A DNA stretch of 63,485 bases, counting the filler, from Octopus bimaculoides (Eukaryota), in NCBI RefSeq assembly GCF_001194135.2. It is 9 parts of 9 records of this genome, joined end to end, with 100 filler letters (N's around TTAATTAATTAA, not from the genome) between each part and the next. Parts side by side here need not be neighbours in the genome. Positions count along the whole stretch, not along the records: positions 10,020 to 17,645 come from NW_026396316.1; positions 17,746 to 30,946 come from NC_068983.1; 7 more parts are not named here. One strand, 5' to 3'. The notes beneath the pieces are model-generated. The model was not told where the DNA came from. It made no database searches and was given only the letters and a program-made list of their open reading frames with translations. Below, in pieces: positions 10,725-23,999 of this stretch. The position numbers and the translations under genes were made by a program. The first letter of the stretch is position 1. The number at the start of each line of letters is the position of its first letter.

Positions 10725-11790
10725 GCTAATATTACAACTATACTCACTCAGACACACGTACGCTCAACATACATATATATATATACATACATACTCAACA
10801 CAGCATTCTCTCAACGTTCACACAGTCAGAAAATACAACACACTCTCACACACGATGCACTATACATCTCAGTAGTTACAACACTTGCTGAGAGACACTC
10901 TTACTAAACAAAGCCTCACAGCATCCAGCGAGGCTTTCACGCAACGAAACACTCACTACAAAGCAAACACAATACAACTCACAGAACACACACACACACA
11001 CACACAACGCAGTACAACACAAACGATGAGATTCACTCAATATAATTCAACACACACACACTTACAATGTACGCAACGCAACACAACACCTTAAATTATA
11101 CAACGCATGTACAATCAAACACCAGGCACACGACACAACAAACGCCACACAACACAGTTGAATATCACATCACAACGAACGATGTACAACACATGCGATT
11201 AGAATTCAACGAACGCAACACAATCCACACAACACTGTACTTACTATACAACACAATAGATAATTGTACTTATAACAATACAACGCAACACAGCACAATA
11301 CTTATTTACAACAAAGAACAGTGCCGACAACAGAACACACGCGAACAAAATTCAACACAACCAAACATACACAATACTACACAACCAAACATACACAATA
11401 CAGCATGTTATACTAGTTACTACACAAAACACAGTACTTGCAATACAACACAAAACACAATAGAACTATGCTTCGGAACACAACAAGCGCACTACAACAG
11501 AACTATACAATACAATTAATTACTTCACAACACATCAAACACACTGCAACAGGACTATACAACACACTGCAGCAATTGCTTCACAACAGGAAAGTACTAT
11601 GCCCCACAACACAACAAAACACACCACAAGGAAACTATGCAATGCATAACAATACTTACTTCACGTCAGTACAATGTCCCACAAACACAGCAAACACACT
11701 ACAACAGTACAATACAAAACAAGACAGTAACTACTTCAGAACACAACTCAAAGCGTTGTTAGTTAACAAATAGGAAACAACTTATAACAA

Positions 11791-11841
<51 letters not shown>

Positions 11842-12240
11842 ATATGATATAGTAATGAAGCAATCGGCGTGGTGTTTAGTTGTGTGTGATGTTGCGGAGT
11901 GATGTGTGGTGGTGTGGAGCGGTGTACAATGATGTGTGGTAGTGTACAACGACCTAGAGAAGCAAGCTGCGCCAGCGATGGTGGTGGTGCCGAACTGTGA
12001 CAAACAGTGGTCCGTTGTTGTCAAGTTTATGGTGGTGCCGTGGTGGTAGTTAATGATGGTGGTGGTGGTGGCGGTGGTGAGCACTGGTCAAGATGGTGAG
12101 GGTGGTGGTGGTGGTGGTGATGTGATTAATGGTGGTAACGATGCGTGATGGTGGTGGTGATGGCGGCAGTGCTGTGGGTGTGGTGGAGTTGTGTTGGCGG
12201 AAGTGCTGATGATAATAATGGTGGCGGTGGTGGTGGTGAT
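10020..12240. repeat. Compound low-complexity tract (GGT, GAT, AAT, CA-rich, TA, GGT)
   Basis: Direct inspection. The poly-D/N/M/T ORFs here are repeat artefacts. Confidence 0.9.
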
Positions 12241-12511
12241 TTAACCCCAGGCTTATATATAGAGAGAGAGAGGACCTAACCTATGACCATCCCGTCATGT
12301 CGTTTTACCTTCTAATATAGTTTATATTGGGCACCATTATACCTAACGTGTCCTTCCTATAAGAAGATGACAGGAAGATTTAGCTGGTATTTCTAGCAGA
12401 CTGTCTGACCACACAGTGACTTCCTTTTTGAGTTGTTCAATCAGCTGGTTCTACAGAGCTCTGTGTATGTGTGTGTATATATATATGTGTGTGTGTGTGT
12501 GTGTATTGTCG

Positions 12512-12840
12512 TGGCACTCTGACGACGAGGGTTCTAGTTGATCCGATCGACGGAACAGCCTGCTCGTGAAATTAACGTGCAAGTGGCTGAGCACTCCACA
12601 GACACGTGTACCCTTAACGTAGTTCTCGGGGAGATTCAGCGTGACACAGAGTGTGACAAGGTTGGCCCTTTGAATTACAGGCACAACAGAAACAGGAAGA
12701 AAGAGTGAGAGTACAGCAGGGCTCGTCACCACACCTCGTGGAGATTTAAGAGTTTTCGCTCAATAAACACTCACAACGCCCGGTCTGGGAATCGAAACCG
12801 CGATCCTATGACCGCGAGTCCACTGCCCTAACCACTGGGC

Positions 12841-12841
<1 letters not shown>
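12512..12841 (-). mobile_element. tRNA-derived SINE (third family)
   Basis: Minus-strand head GGCCCAGTGGTTAGGGCAGTGG (A box) and GGTTTCGATTCCC (B box), followed by a non-tRNA body. Confidence 0.75.
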
Positions 12842-12904
<63 letters not shown>

Positions 12905-13187
12905 TTATACACACACGTGTATGTGTATTAATGTGCGTGTGTGAGGCTATATTTATGTTTGTGTGTTACTTTTATGTGTTTATATGTGTGTGCGTGTGTG
13001 TGTGTATGTCTATGGGTGCGTGTATATGTGTGTGTGTGTGTGTGTGCGAGTGTGAGTATATGTGTATCTATATGTACATGCGTATATATAACTATCTATC
13101 TGTATGTATGTATATATGTGCAGCAGCATATATCTATATATCCCGGCTTGTCACCACTTTTGTCTACACTTAGATGTATGCATGAGC

Positions 13188-13253
<66 letters not shown>

Positions 13254-13506
13254 GTACTTGCGAGTATTGTTAGCACTAGCAATCTCAAAATAAAGCAGTG
13301 TATTTTATATATTTATGTATGCATATATGAGCGCATGTATGAATATATTTCTGACTATGTATGCATGTACGTATGTGTGTATGTATGGTGTCAATTAAAA
13401 TTACCAACCTCCGTCTCGCTTGATCAAGGTTTCGATATCAACTTATGGTACCTCCATGCTCGACAGAAATGACCCGTCTCTCTCTTTGGTGTAGTTAGAA
13501 TTACCG

Positions 13507-13538
<32 letters not shown>

Positions 13539-13705
13539 CCTCTGTTATGGGTGGCTTAACGTTAAAAAGACCTCGTAAAGTCCCACATGTTGGTGTCAGG
13601 TGGTCTGTGACGTCACAGTGGTCATTTGTCAGAATTCATTCTGCTTGTATTGCGTGTATGGGGGTGTGTACGTGTGGAACTACAGGCGTGTAGTTGCCTA
13701 CGTAA

Positions 13706-13753
<48 letters not shown>

Positions 13754-13779
13754 TGTACGCGAGTGTGTGTGAGTTTGTG

Positions 13780-14070
13780 TGTGTGTAAGAGTTTATATAT
13801 GGGTGCGTGTATGTGTATATATGTGCGTGTGTATATGTGTATGTATGTATGTGTGTGTGTGTGTGTATAGTGTGTGAGTTTGTGTGTGTGTTAGAGTTTA
13901 TATATGGGTGCGTGTGTATGTATGCTGTGTATGTGTATATATGTGCGTGTGTATGTATGTATGTATGTGTGTGTGTGTGTATAGTGTGCGCGAGTTTGTG
14001 TTAGAGTTTATATATGGGTACGTGTGTGTATTTATGCTGTGCATGTGTATATATGTGTGTGTATATATGT
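13780..14070. repeat. Compound minisatellite, ~105-110 bp unit, about 3 copies
   Basis: Anchor AGAGTTTATATATGGGT(G/A)CGTGT recurs three times, separated by GT/AT arrays. Confidence 0.7.
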
Positions 14071-14170
14071 GTATGTATGTATGTGTGTATGTATGTGTGT
14101 GTGTGCTATGCGTGTGTGCACTCGCGTGGGTTTATACGCGTGTATGAACGCACGTGTAAATATATGTGTA

Positions 14171-14201
<31 letters not shown>

Positions 14202-14610
14202 GCGTCTATATGTCTGTATGCGTGTATATATATGTGTATATGTACGTGTTTTCTTGTATATATATATATACATATATATGTGTGTGTGTGTGTTTTCGTG
14301 TATTTATAAATATGTATATTATATGCGTTCATGTATACCACGATGTATATGCGTGTGCGTACGTAGGTATATATTTCTACGCCTGTACATGCGTGTATAA
14401 AATGTTTTCAACTTTCCACTCGCCACACCTACAACTAACCACAAGCCACAACTAACACTATACACCCACCACTATACATTTATACACACACACGTCTTAT
14501 CTATATTATTATCATTCTTGTTACTATGATCATTAATGTATATATCAACGTCCGCATAAAATTTTATATATATATGTATGTATGTATGCATGTACGTATG
14601 TAATTATGAG

Positions 14611-14663
<53 letters not shown>

Positions 14664-15248
14664 NNNNNNNNNNNNNNNNNNNNNNNNNNNNNNNNNNNNN
14701 NNNNNNNNNNNNNNNNNNNNNNNNNNNNNNNNNNNNNNNNNNNNNNNNNNNNNNNNNNNNNNNNNNNNNNNNNNNNNNNNNNNNNNNNNNNNNNNNNNNN
14801 NNNNNNNNNNNNNNNNNNNNNNNNNNNNNNNNNNNNNNNNNNNNNNNNNNNNNNNNNNNNNNNNNNNNNNNNNNNNNNNNNNNNNNNNNNNNNNNNNNNN
14901 NNNNNNNNNNNNNNNNNNNNNNNNNNNNNNNNNNNNNNNNNNNNNNNNNNNNNNNNNNNNNNNNNNNNNNNNNNNNNNNNNNNNNNNNNNNNNNNNNNNN
15001 NNNNNNNNNNNNNNNNNNNNNNNNNNNNNNNNNNNNNNNNNNNNNNNNNNNNNNNNNNNNNNNNNNNNNNNNNNNNNNNNNNNNNNNNNNNNNNNNNNNN
15101 NNNNNNNNNNNNNNNNNNNNNNNNNNNNNNNNNNNNNNNNNNNNNNNNNNNNNNNNNNNNNNNNNNNNNNNNNNNNNNNNNNNNNNNNNNNNNNNNNNNN
15201 NNNNNNNNNNNNNNNNNNNNNNNNNNNNNNNNNNNNNNNNNNNNNNNN

Positions 15249-15286
<38 letters not shown>

Positions 15287-15900
15287 CATGTGTGTGTTTG
15301 TAAGTGTATATATATATATATATATATAAATGTGAGCGTGTATATGCATGTAAGTGTGTGTGTGTGTATATATGCGACGATGTATATAGGTAATTGTATT
15401 CTAAACTAGATTACAATCATACAGTTATATATACCGCTGATGTGAATTAGCAAAAGTGTGTGCGCGTGCAAGTGTATATGTGTGTGCATGGGCACATTTG
15501 CGTGTGTGTATATTGACATTAAAACACTATATACTCATTGACACACAACTGGTCATTAACGAAGCGTGTACCGGCTTTCTTAAATAATAAATTAAATAAT
15601 GATTTAATTACTTTTTCGTGTGTTTATATGCATGGATGCATGTTTTGTGTGTGCGTGTTTGGGGGTATGCGCGTGTATGTATGTTTGAGTGTGTGTGTGT
15701 GTGTGTGTGTGTGTATTTGGATATATGTATGTGTTTGAATGTACGTATGTGTGTGAACTTACGGGATATGAATGCGTGTGTGGATGTATGTTTGGGTGTA
15801 AATGTAAAATGTGAAAGGAGAACGGATGTTTAAATTTATGTATGTGTATGTATGTATATCTATCTATCTATCTATCTCTCTCTCTCTCACTTTCTCTCTC

Positions 15901-15939
<39 letters not shown>

Positions 15940-16653
15940 NNNNNNNNNNNNNNNNNNNNNNNNNNNNNNNNNNNNNNNNNNNNNNNNNNNNNNNNNNNNN
16001 NNNNNNNNNNNNNNNNNNNNNNNNNNNNNNNNNNNNNNNNNNNNNNNNNNNNNNNNNNNNNNNNNNNNNNNNNNNNNNNNNNNNNNNNNNNNNNNNNNNN
16101 NNNNNNNNNNNNNNNNNNNNNNNNNNNNNNNNNNNNNNNNNNNNNNNNNNNNNNNNNNNNNNNNNNNNNNNNNNNNNNNNNNNNNNNNNNNNNNNNNNNN
16201 NNNNNNNNNNNNNNNNNNNNNNNNNNNNNNNNNNNNNNNNNNNNNNNNNNNNNNNNNNNNNNNNNNNNNNNNNNNNNNNNNNNNNNNNNNNNNNNNNNNN
16301 NNNNNNNNNNNNNNNNNNNNNNNNNNNNNNNNNNNNNNNNNNNNNNNNNNNNNNNNNNNNNNNNNNNNNNNNNNNNNNNNNNNNNNNNNNNNNNNNNNNN
16401 NNNNNNNNNNNNNNNNNNNNNNNNNNNNNNNNNNNNNNNNNNNNNNNNNNNNNNNNNNNNNNNNNNNNNNNNNNNNNNNNNNNNNNNNNNNNNNNNNNNN
16501 NNNNNNNNNNNNNNNNNNNNNNNNNNNNNNNNNNNNNNNNNNNNNNNNNNNNNNNNNNNNNNNNNNNNNNNNNNNNNNNNNNNNNNNNNNNNNNNNNNNN
16601 NNNNNNNNNNNNNNNNNNNNNNNNNNNNNNNNNNNNNNNNNNNNNNNNNNNNN

Positions 16654-16686
<33 letters not shown>

Positions 16687-17437
16687 GAGGTCTCAGGCCA
16701 GCAGTGTTTGAAGCCTGAAGATACGCCGTAAGGCTTAAACCCCTTATGAGCGAGATACCTCGGGTAGCCCCATAAACCGGCCTACTCTACTATAATATTA
16801 GCTACATCTTAGAGTGTACTTCTCTGGATTTATGTATATCTACAAACGATATATATATAAATGTGTGTGTGTGTGTGTGTGTGCATGTTATATGTAAGCA
16901 CCTTATTCTCTTACAGGCGTGTATACACATGTACATGTAATATAAAAGCACAGAAACGACACAAGAAACTTTACACGCACGCGATTACTATACTCTCTCT
17001 CACACACACTCACACAAATATAAATGAATATACAAATAGCTCATCTAAGAAGTTATATCAAAGCGCCTGTCTTTCATTCACGCACGTACACACATCTACA
17101 CACTTGAATATATAAATACACACACATCTACATCATATATACATATATATATTAAAAAAAAACTTACATGCATCTACATTCACATACGTTACACACACAC
17201 GCACACACACACACACACACAATACTGGCGACAGAATATAATACACTATGTATGTATATGTGTGTGTATATATCCAACAGATTATAAATTCCAAGATTGT
17301 TCAGTATATACGTATATATAACACAGATGCTCCTGGTATTATAAGGGTGTTGCTCTCAAGGGCATTAGTTTCCAAGTGTATATAATATATATATTAAGAT
17401 ATGTAACTATTTGACATAGTTCGTGGCCAGTATATAC

Positions 17438-17483
<46 letters not shown>

Positions 17484-18005
17484 GTATGCACAATATTGGA
17501 AAGATGCAAGCTTTAAGCTTGCTATAATCAAAAGCACGTGAACATATACATATATACGTGAGCGTATGTATGCATGTATGTATGCATGCATGACAAATGT
17601 ACTATAACCGTAGTTAACGTAAAGGTGGTTGATTTTATATATATANNNNNNNNNNNNNNNNNNNNNNNNNNNNNNNNNNNNNNNNNNNNTTAATTAATTA
17701 ANNNNNNNNNNNNNNNNNNNNNNNNNNNNNNNNNNNNNNNNNNNNTGTGAAACGTATTTGAAGAGTCTGAGTCCTGCATTATCCTTAATCTTGGTTGTCC
17801 ATTTTCGAATGTTCTTCCTAAGGTAAGACAAATTTTTCATGTTTGTTGCACACACGCATTTTTGCCAGTATATACACAGCGAAGCTATACAATAGCGTCG
17901 TATTTATATCGATTGCTATTTTCCAGTAAATATCGGTGCCTTGTTGTACCACTCTTCAGTGGTCCAGCGAGAATAAAAATTAGTCAATAGACTATATATT
18001 ATTCA

Positions 18006-18214
18006 TTTAAAATACAGAGATGCCTATAATAGGACATCTAACCCGCTAGAAAGAGCAACAAAAAACTCTATACCACAAAAATAGGGAAAATAGATTGGTA
18101 AATGTTTTTATTTTTCATTCCCTTTCTAAATTATCCCTATTTTTGTGGTATAGAGTTTTTGCTGCTCTTTCTAGCGGGTTAGATGTCCTATTATAGGCAT
18201 CTCTGTATTTTAAA
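18006..18214. mobile_element. Near-perfect fold-back element (~81-bp arms), possible TTAA target duplication
   Basis: 18006-18087 vs 18134-18214 differ by one mismatch and one indel. TTAA occurs at 18007-18010 and 18210-18213. Confidence 0.85.
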
Positions 18215-18531
18215 AATATATATCATGCATTCCAAAACCGTGTTATCGATTTTAACATATGGGGTATCAAAAGATTCAGTACTATTTCGGCTACAAACTA
18301 AACTTAATTTCCATTCATATATTTGCGTTTCAAAAATTTACCGTTATGATTTTTTCCATAAATCAGCTATCGTAAACATTTTATCCGATGACGACGATGA
18401 CGCCACATTTTCTATATGTGTGTGTACCATCAAAGACATCAGTCATCAGAACACACACCTTCACTCACTCACTCTATCTTTCTCTCTTTCTCTCTCACAC
18501 ACACGCGTACGTATGCACACACACACACACG

Positions 18532-18565
<34 letters not shown>

Positions 18566-18842
18566 CACACGTCCATTTCATATACACGCACATACATCTT
18601 TCACTTTCTCATCTCCTTCACTTTCTATCTCTGTCCTTTTCGCGTTCTCTTCTTTCAGTTTCTGCTCTCTTCAAACTCAAAATGAGAAACACAAAATAAG
18701 AAAAAGACAGATACAAGAGAAAGAAAGAGAGACAGGAAACAATTTCTATAGGAGAAGATGAAAGACAGGGATAGCGGGTGACAGAGAAATGCTGATGTTT
18801 CATACCTTATGAACGTTTTAAAAGTGAGAAAGAGAGAGAGAG

Positions 18843-18878
<36 letters not shown>

Positions 18879-19830
18879 TGTGTGTGTGAGTGTGTGTGTG
18901 TGTGTGTGAGTGTGTGCGCACGCGCGTGTATGTTCATTATGCATTCCAAAACTGGGTTGCCCATTTTGACGTATCGAGTATCAAAATATTCAGTCATTTT
19001 TTGGCTACCAAATAAACTATACTTTCATTAACATATATTCTATGTTATCTCAACAACCAGCTATAGTTATTTGAAAGACACTACTCTATTGCGACCAGGT
19101 TTCATTAGAAAGTGAAAATAGTTTCATACTTTCAATTTCAACAAAAATTACAAAGTGTTGCATTGCGAGAATGACGATGTTTCAATAATGAAAGTAATGT
19201 TTCGCCGAATTAGTCACATCTGTACTATAATAAAGAAAGCTGCTTATCATCTATAATGTGATGAGGCTATAATATTGTTTCACGTTTATTCTTTAACTTT
19301 TAATTCTAATTCTAATTATTTGTATTATATTTGAAATAAATAAATAATTTACATCGTAATGTGAACAACATTACTCATCGGCAAATTTCGGTCTTTACGG
19401 CCACCACAACAGAATGGTGTGTCAGTGTATGTGTTGACTGACATAACAAACGGCTGGAAGTGAAACTCTTGAGGAAAAACAATGAGGTGGCAGGTCCAAG
19501 GTATATAAAAATACACATTTACCTTTCAATTACCAATTAATAATTATCGCAGCAATGCAAGGTTGCAAGGTATTTACAGTTACATATTTACCCTTAAATT
19601 AACAATTAATACATGGACTTAATATATATATTAAGAAATTTATCTATAATAATTATTGTGGCATTTACCCTTCATACATAGCAGTTCATACATGTGCTGC
19701 TATTTGGTTAATTTATACTGCATACAAAAATAAAAACATACTACATACATACAACCGCTTACAAAAATAGGGATTAATGCATAATTTCTTTCTATGTTCA
19801 TAATTTTTGGTTTACAATATGAAACAAAAT

Positions 19831-20878
19831 ATGCCACCAAAGAAAAAAACGTAATCTCTCCAGAAACAAGTATAATGTAAGGAGGATTGAGGATTGTAGA
19901 AAACCGAAGGCGAGAGTCTGAAGAGAGAAGCGAGATGAGATTTTCTCGAGATCAGCAAAGGCATGCTGCAGCACGTCAGACGGAGTCTCGATAGAGAAGG
20001 GAGATGAGACTTTCCCAAGGTCAGCAAATGCATGCTGCAACACTTAATGCCAGATCCTTAAATCAATGTTTTAATGATTAGACAGAGGTCCAATAGAATA
20101 GCTCTCAGAAATCGATTACGTACGAATTCGTTCTTCACAACTCCTGAAGCTGTTTTCAGATATGATCCAACCCATTCTTATAAAAATGATAACTCTGCCC
20201 AAATTAGTGTGCTAAACACAAATTGTCGTTTCTTTAGAGGTTTAAAATTTTCAAATGAAACAAATAGCATGTACTGCTCAGGCGGCAAGGTAACATTGCC
20301 AGCACTACTAACTCCTTCTCAACCTCTTATGGCACTTCCATCCAGTCAAAGGATTTTCTGAACAATATCAGACAATACTACTCTGCATTTCAAATGACAT
20401 CGTTTACTGCATCTAAGAAAACAGTTAAACATGAATTTACGCCGACGTCAAAGTTCAAGAGCAAGTCTATCACCTCAGTGTTTCCCTGTTACCCACAACT
20501 GAACAACCACAGTTCCTCCAAATTCACTTTATGAGTGATGTAGGACAACAAACCCGAAGGAGGTGTCAAATTTTCAGATGATGAGTCGTGTTAGACACAG
20601 CGCCAACTGCTGCAAAAGAGAGTATATCCATTAACAGCTTTTCGGTGCGTTCATAAATCATATAACCCCCACTCCCAATTTTCCATGACAGGTTAGGGCC
20701 TAAAATACTCCAAAGGGACGCATAGCATGTTGCTTAGTCTAATTAGCCCATCATTTACACCACAAATGTTTCGTTGTCAATGTTGCACTTTCCATATCAC
20801 CTGTTTCAACATAACTGTAATATATTCTGTACAAATTATGCCATTTTAATCCCGAGCAACGCCGGGTATCGTTGCTAG
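19831..20878 (+). mobile_element. Helitron, internally deleted (N-terminal RepHel remnant plus intact 3' end); 5' end not located
   Basis: Frameshifted MPPKKK-RNLSR start; charged repeats; GLKFSNETNSMYCSGGKVTLPALLTP and NNIRQYYSAFQMTSF motifs; 3' hairpin CCCG-N8-CGGG (20851-20866) followed by CTAG|T (20875-20879). Confidence 0.8.
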
Positions 20879-20997
20879 TGTATATATANNNNNNNNNNNN
20901 NNNNNNNNNNNNNNNNNNNNNNNNNNNNNNNNNNNNNNNNNNNNNNNNNNNNNNNNNNNNNNNNNNNNNNNNNNNNNNNNNNNNNNNNNNNNNNNNN

Positions 20998-21039
<42 letters not shown>

Positions 21040-22529
21040 CATATATATGCGTACATATATATATGTATGTGTGTAGGAGGGTGTATAAGTGTATACACAT
21101 GAAACACGATCTTCCCGAGCAATTAATTTAAGGAAATTACTACTATATTAGTACTACTACTACTACCACCGCCACTATTATTACCGTCTCTAGTGTTCTA
21201 CTTACCTTTTCACCGAACGCTTTAGGCAATTGCCTTCTACTATATTATCCACTCTACTATATTCTCCAATATAATTTAACCGACGAACTGCGATGAAATT
21301 TACTTGATAGAAATTATGGAGAAACGCGTGATATATGTATGTGTGTGTATGTATATATATATATAAAAGTTTTTTAGGCTATATATGTATCGGCAATGGA
21401 TTGTCGGTTGATTGACGCATTGAAAAATACACTATGGTACATAGTCCGTACGAATTATCTTATCTTATGCCAAATAAGGACAAATAGAGATGGATAAAAT
21501 TAGATCCACCCACTCTACTGTAGTTGCCCAGTTGATCACAGTATATTAACTGAAACCAGTAGAAGAATGAATTAATGGTTCAGACATATGCAAAAATACA
21601 CTTGAGTGCATTATATATTGTTACTAATTATTTACACATTATTTTTCATGAAATCTATTTTTGCATCAATAATGAAATATACTCTGTTAAAGTATTCGCG
21701 TAATTTTTAAATTTAAACTAACTATATTTAATTTATATTTACATTGCCGTAGGGTTTTGGCTAATATTTTTTTAAAAAAATAAATTTTATAAAGAAATTT
21801 TACTTTTGCAATTATATGTACTGCTATATTTTGATACTGAAGGAACTAAGCCAAGAACTTAGGGTGTTGTAGTCACGGACACATCGGCTCGATTCCTAGA
21901 CAGGCTGTATATTTTGTCCCTGAACGAAGTACTCATTTTCACGTTCACTTACTCGGCTAAAATAAATACCAGCCGAATGCTTTTGTGGTTTTACCGTGTC
22001 TCCAGCTGTCACAAACTAATTACTCCTCTTAGTCAAAGGTGTTAAGTTTGCTTGTATCAACATAAATACTTAAAACAATTTGCGAAAGCATGGTGCATGC
22101 TCCTAAGTTATGCTCGACTGTTCGTAACATATGTAGTTTCTTATCTTGATATTTAAATCCACATTGTAATACGTATTATTGTTGACAATCTCGAGTATAA
22201 CCAGCCGAAATTGCAAAGATAATCTGGAACTCGACCGACTGAGGAAAGAAAACTCCGAATGACCCGTCCTTGCTTTTTCTTGTCCCTTCTTTGTATCATC
22301 TGTCTGGATGCTTTGCTGTTCCTTTTTTGTATCATCTAACTGTCTGGATGTTTTGCGTTCTTGTCCCATTTTTTGTATTCCTTTCTATATACATATGGTG
22401 ACGCACGTACACTTTGGTCTCTTACATGTAAGTACACATATATATATAAATTTTGTACGACTCTCCTATTCTTTCTTTCTTTTTATCAGCCCCTTCACAC
22501 TTACTTCGTTCGTTCCACTCTTCTTTCTT

Positions 22530-22980
22530 TCGTTCCACATCTCACATTTCCTTTACACAATCTTCAGTTGCTTCTTCCGTAGCTATCTCTATTTTCTTTG
22601 TGGTTGTTCTTTTCTTGGTACCTGTTGTCACCTCTTGTGGAGTGGTCAGCTTTAAACTGGATCCCTCCTTCTGAATCAGCTTGTAGTGTTCCTTCAGCTT
22701 CTTCTGTTGAATTTTAATTTCTCACACTTCTAGCGAATCTGCACCTTTCCCAACTGTTGACGCAAAATTCCCGGCATGTGCTGGAACTGGTTCACACTCC
22801 ATTTTTCCTTTTTTCAGTTACTTCGCCCCAAAATGGGGAAGAAGACAAACACAAAATTTAACAACCCCGTAGGCAAGAACAGCAACAGTGTTTAACAAAT
22901 TCACAAAACATGGTTCACCCGCGCGGGAGAACCTTCAACAAAGATACAACAAAGTATAACATGACTCACGTCAACCAGAA
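22530..22980 (-). mobile_element. Probable L1/Tx1-type LINE 5' UTR and ORF1 start, decayed
   Basis: MECEPVPAHAGNFASTVGKG..*EIKIQQKKLKEHYKLIQKEG..TTTKKIEIA with stops. Family assignment is from recollection only. Confidence 0.4.
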
Positions 22981-23343
22981 TAAAAAATGATTTAACACTA
23001 ACAAAATTGGGTCGATGACTGACATCACTGACTGTGTCAGTTCACTATTTATCAGTGGTGGAGCAGCCCGCTTCTCACCTGGGGGCGTTCGCCAAAACAC
23101 CTCCTCCATTTGAGATTTTTTCAACACAACTTTTTTTTTTAAATTTGCATTACTTTTTCTTCTAACCAGAATTATTTTTCTTATTTAAATTTTTTATTGT
23201 TCCACACAGAATTATATATATATTTTTTTTCCAAAAAATACCCAGCATTATTAATTATATATTTTTCATTTCTAGGACTTTTTCGTTTTGTTACATTTTC
23301 TCGGCAGAAACTGGATCGGTCACCTGAAAACTTTCTTTATCTT

Positions 23344-23592
23344 TTAAAGTGTTTGTATTAGAACGATTCCTCGACGAAGCATTTTCAGTGGAAGGACCTT
23401 TCTCGTAACAGATGGCTCAGATTCTCTAATTTCAGAATTTTCTATGTGTTCCGCACTAGTCGCTTCCATCGACATTTTATCTGAAGTCTTCTCAAAGAGG
23501 ACTTGTTTAGAATCCTCTATCACAAAATAGCATGCGTTTTCTTTGTCCATTTTAACTTTGTTAGCAAATGGTTCGTTGCCAATTTCAACAGA
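23344..23592 (-). CDS. Candidate terminal coding exon of an unidentified host gene (82 codons)
   Basis: Acceptor TTTTATTATTTTATTTGCTTCAG|TCT, non-repetitive open frame SVEIGNEPFANKVKMDKENACYF...IQTL*, and AATAAA at 23193-23198. No upstream exon was identified. Confidence 0.4.
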   Translation of the reverse strand, partial: SVEIGNEPFANKVKMDKENACYFVIEDSKQVLFEKTSDKMSMEATSAEHIENSEIRESEPSVTRKVLPLKMLRRGIVLIQTL

Positions 23593-23999
23593 CTGAAGCA
23601 AATAAAATAATAAAATAANNNNNNNNNNNNNNNNNNNNNNNNNNNNNNNNNNNNNNNNNNNNNNNNNNNNNNNNTATGAAAAGAGAAAGAGAGAGAGATA
23701 GTCAAAATTTACAGAAAACAAAAGGTGAGGACAGGTGAGGGAACAACAGGCAGGAGTATGAGCTTTCACGCTCGGGAAGATTGTGTATGCGTGAATGGGT
23801 TCAAGCGTGTGTGAATGTATGGCTCGGTGAGCTTAAAATTCTGTGGGCTTGTGTGTGCGTATGGGAGCGTGTGTTTTTGATTGTGTGTGTATGTATCTGT
23901 CTGTCTGTGTGTGCGTGTGTGCCTGAGTCCTTTATATATTGCTACATATGAACTTCTGCCGATTGCTTTCCTTTACTGAAAGTGGGCGGTGAACGGCTG

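Noticed and set aside
22236-22272. CTGAGGA..CTCCGAATGA hammerhead-like text in a probable PLE tail
   Set aside because: No GAAA core and no helix I.
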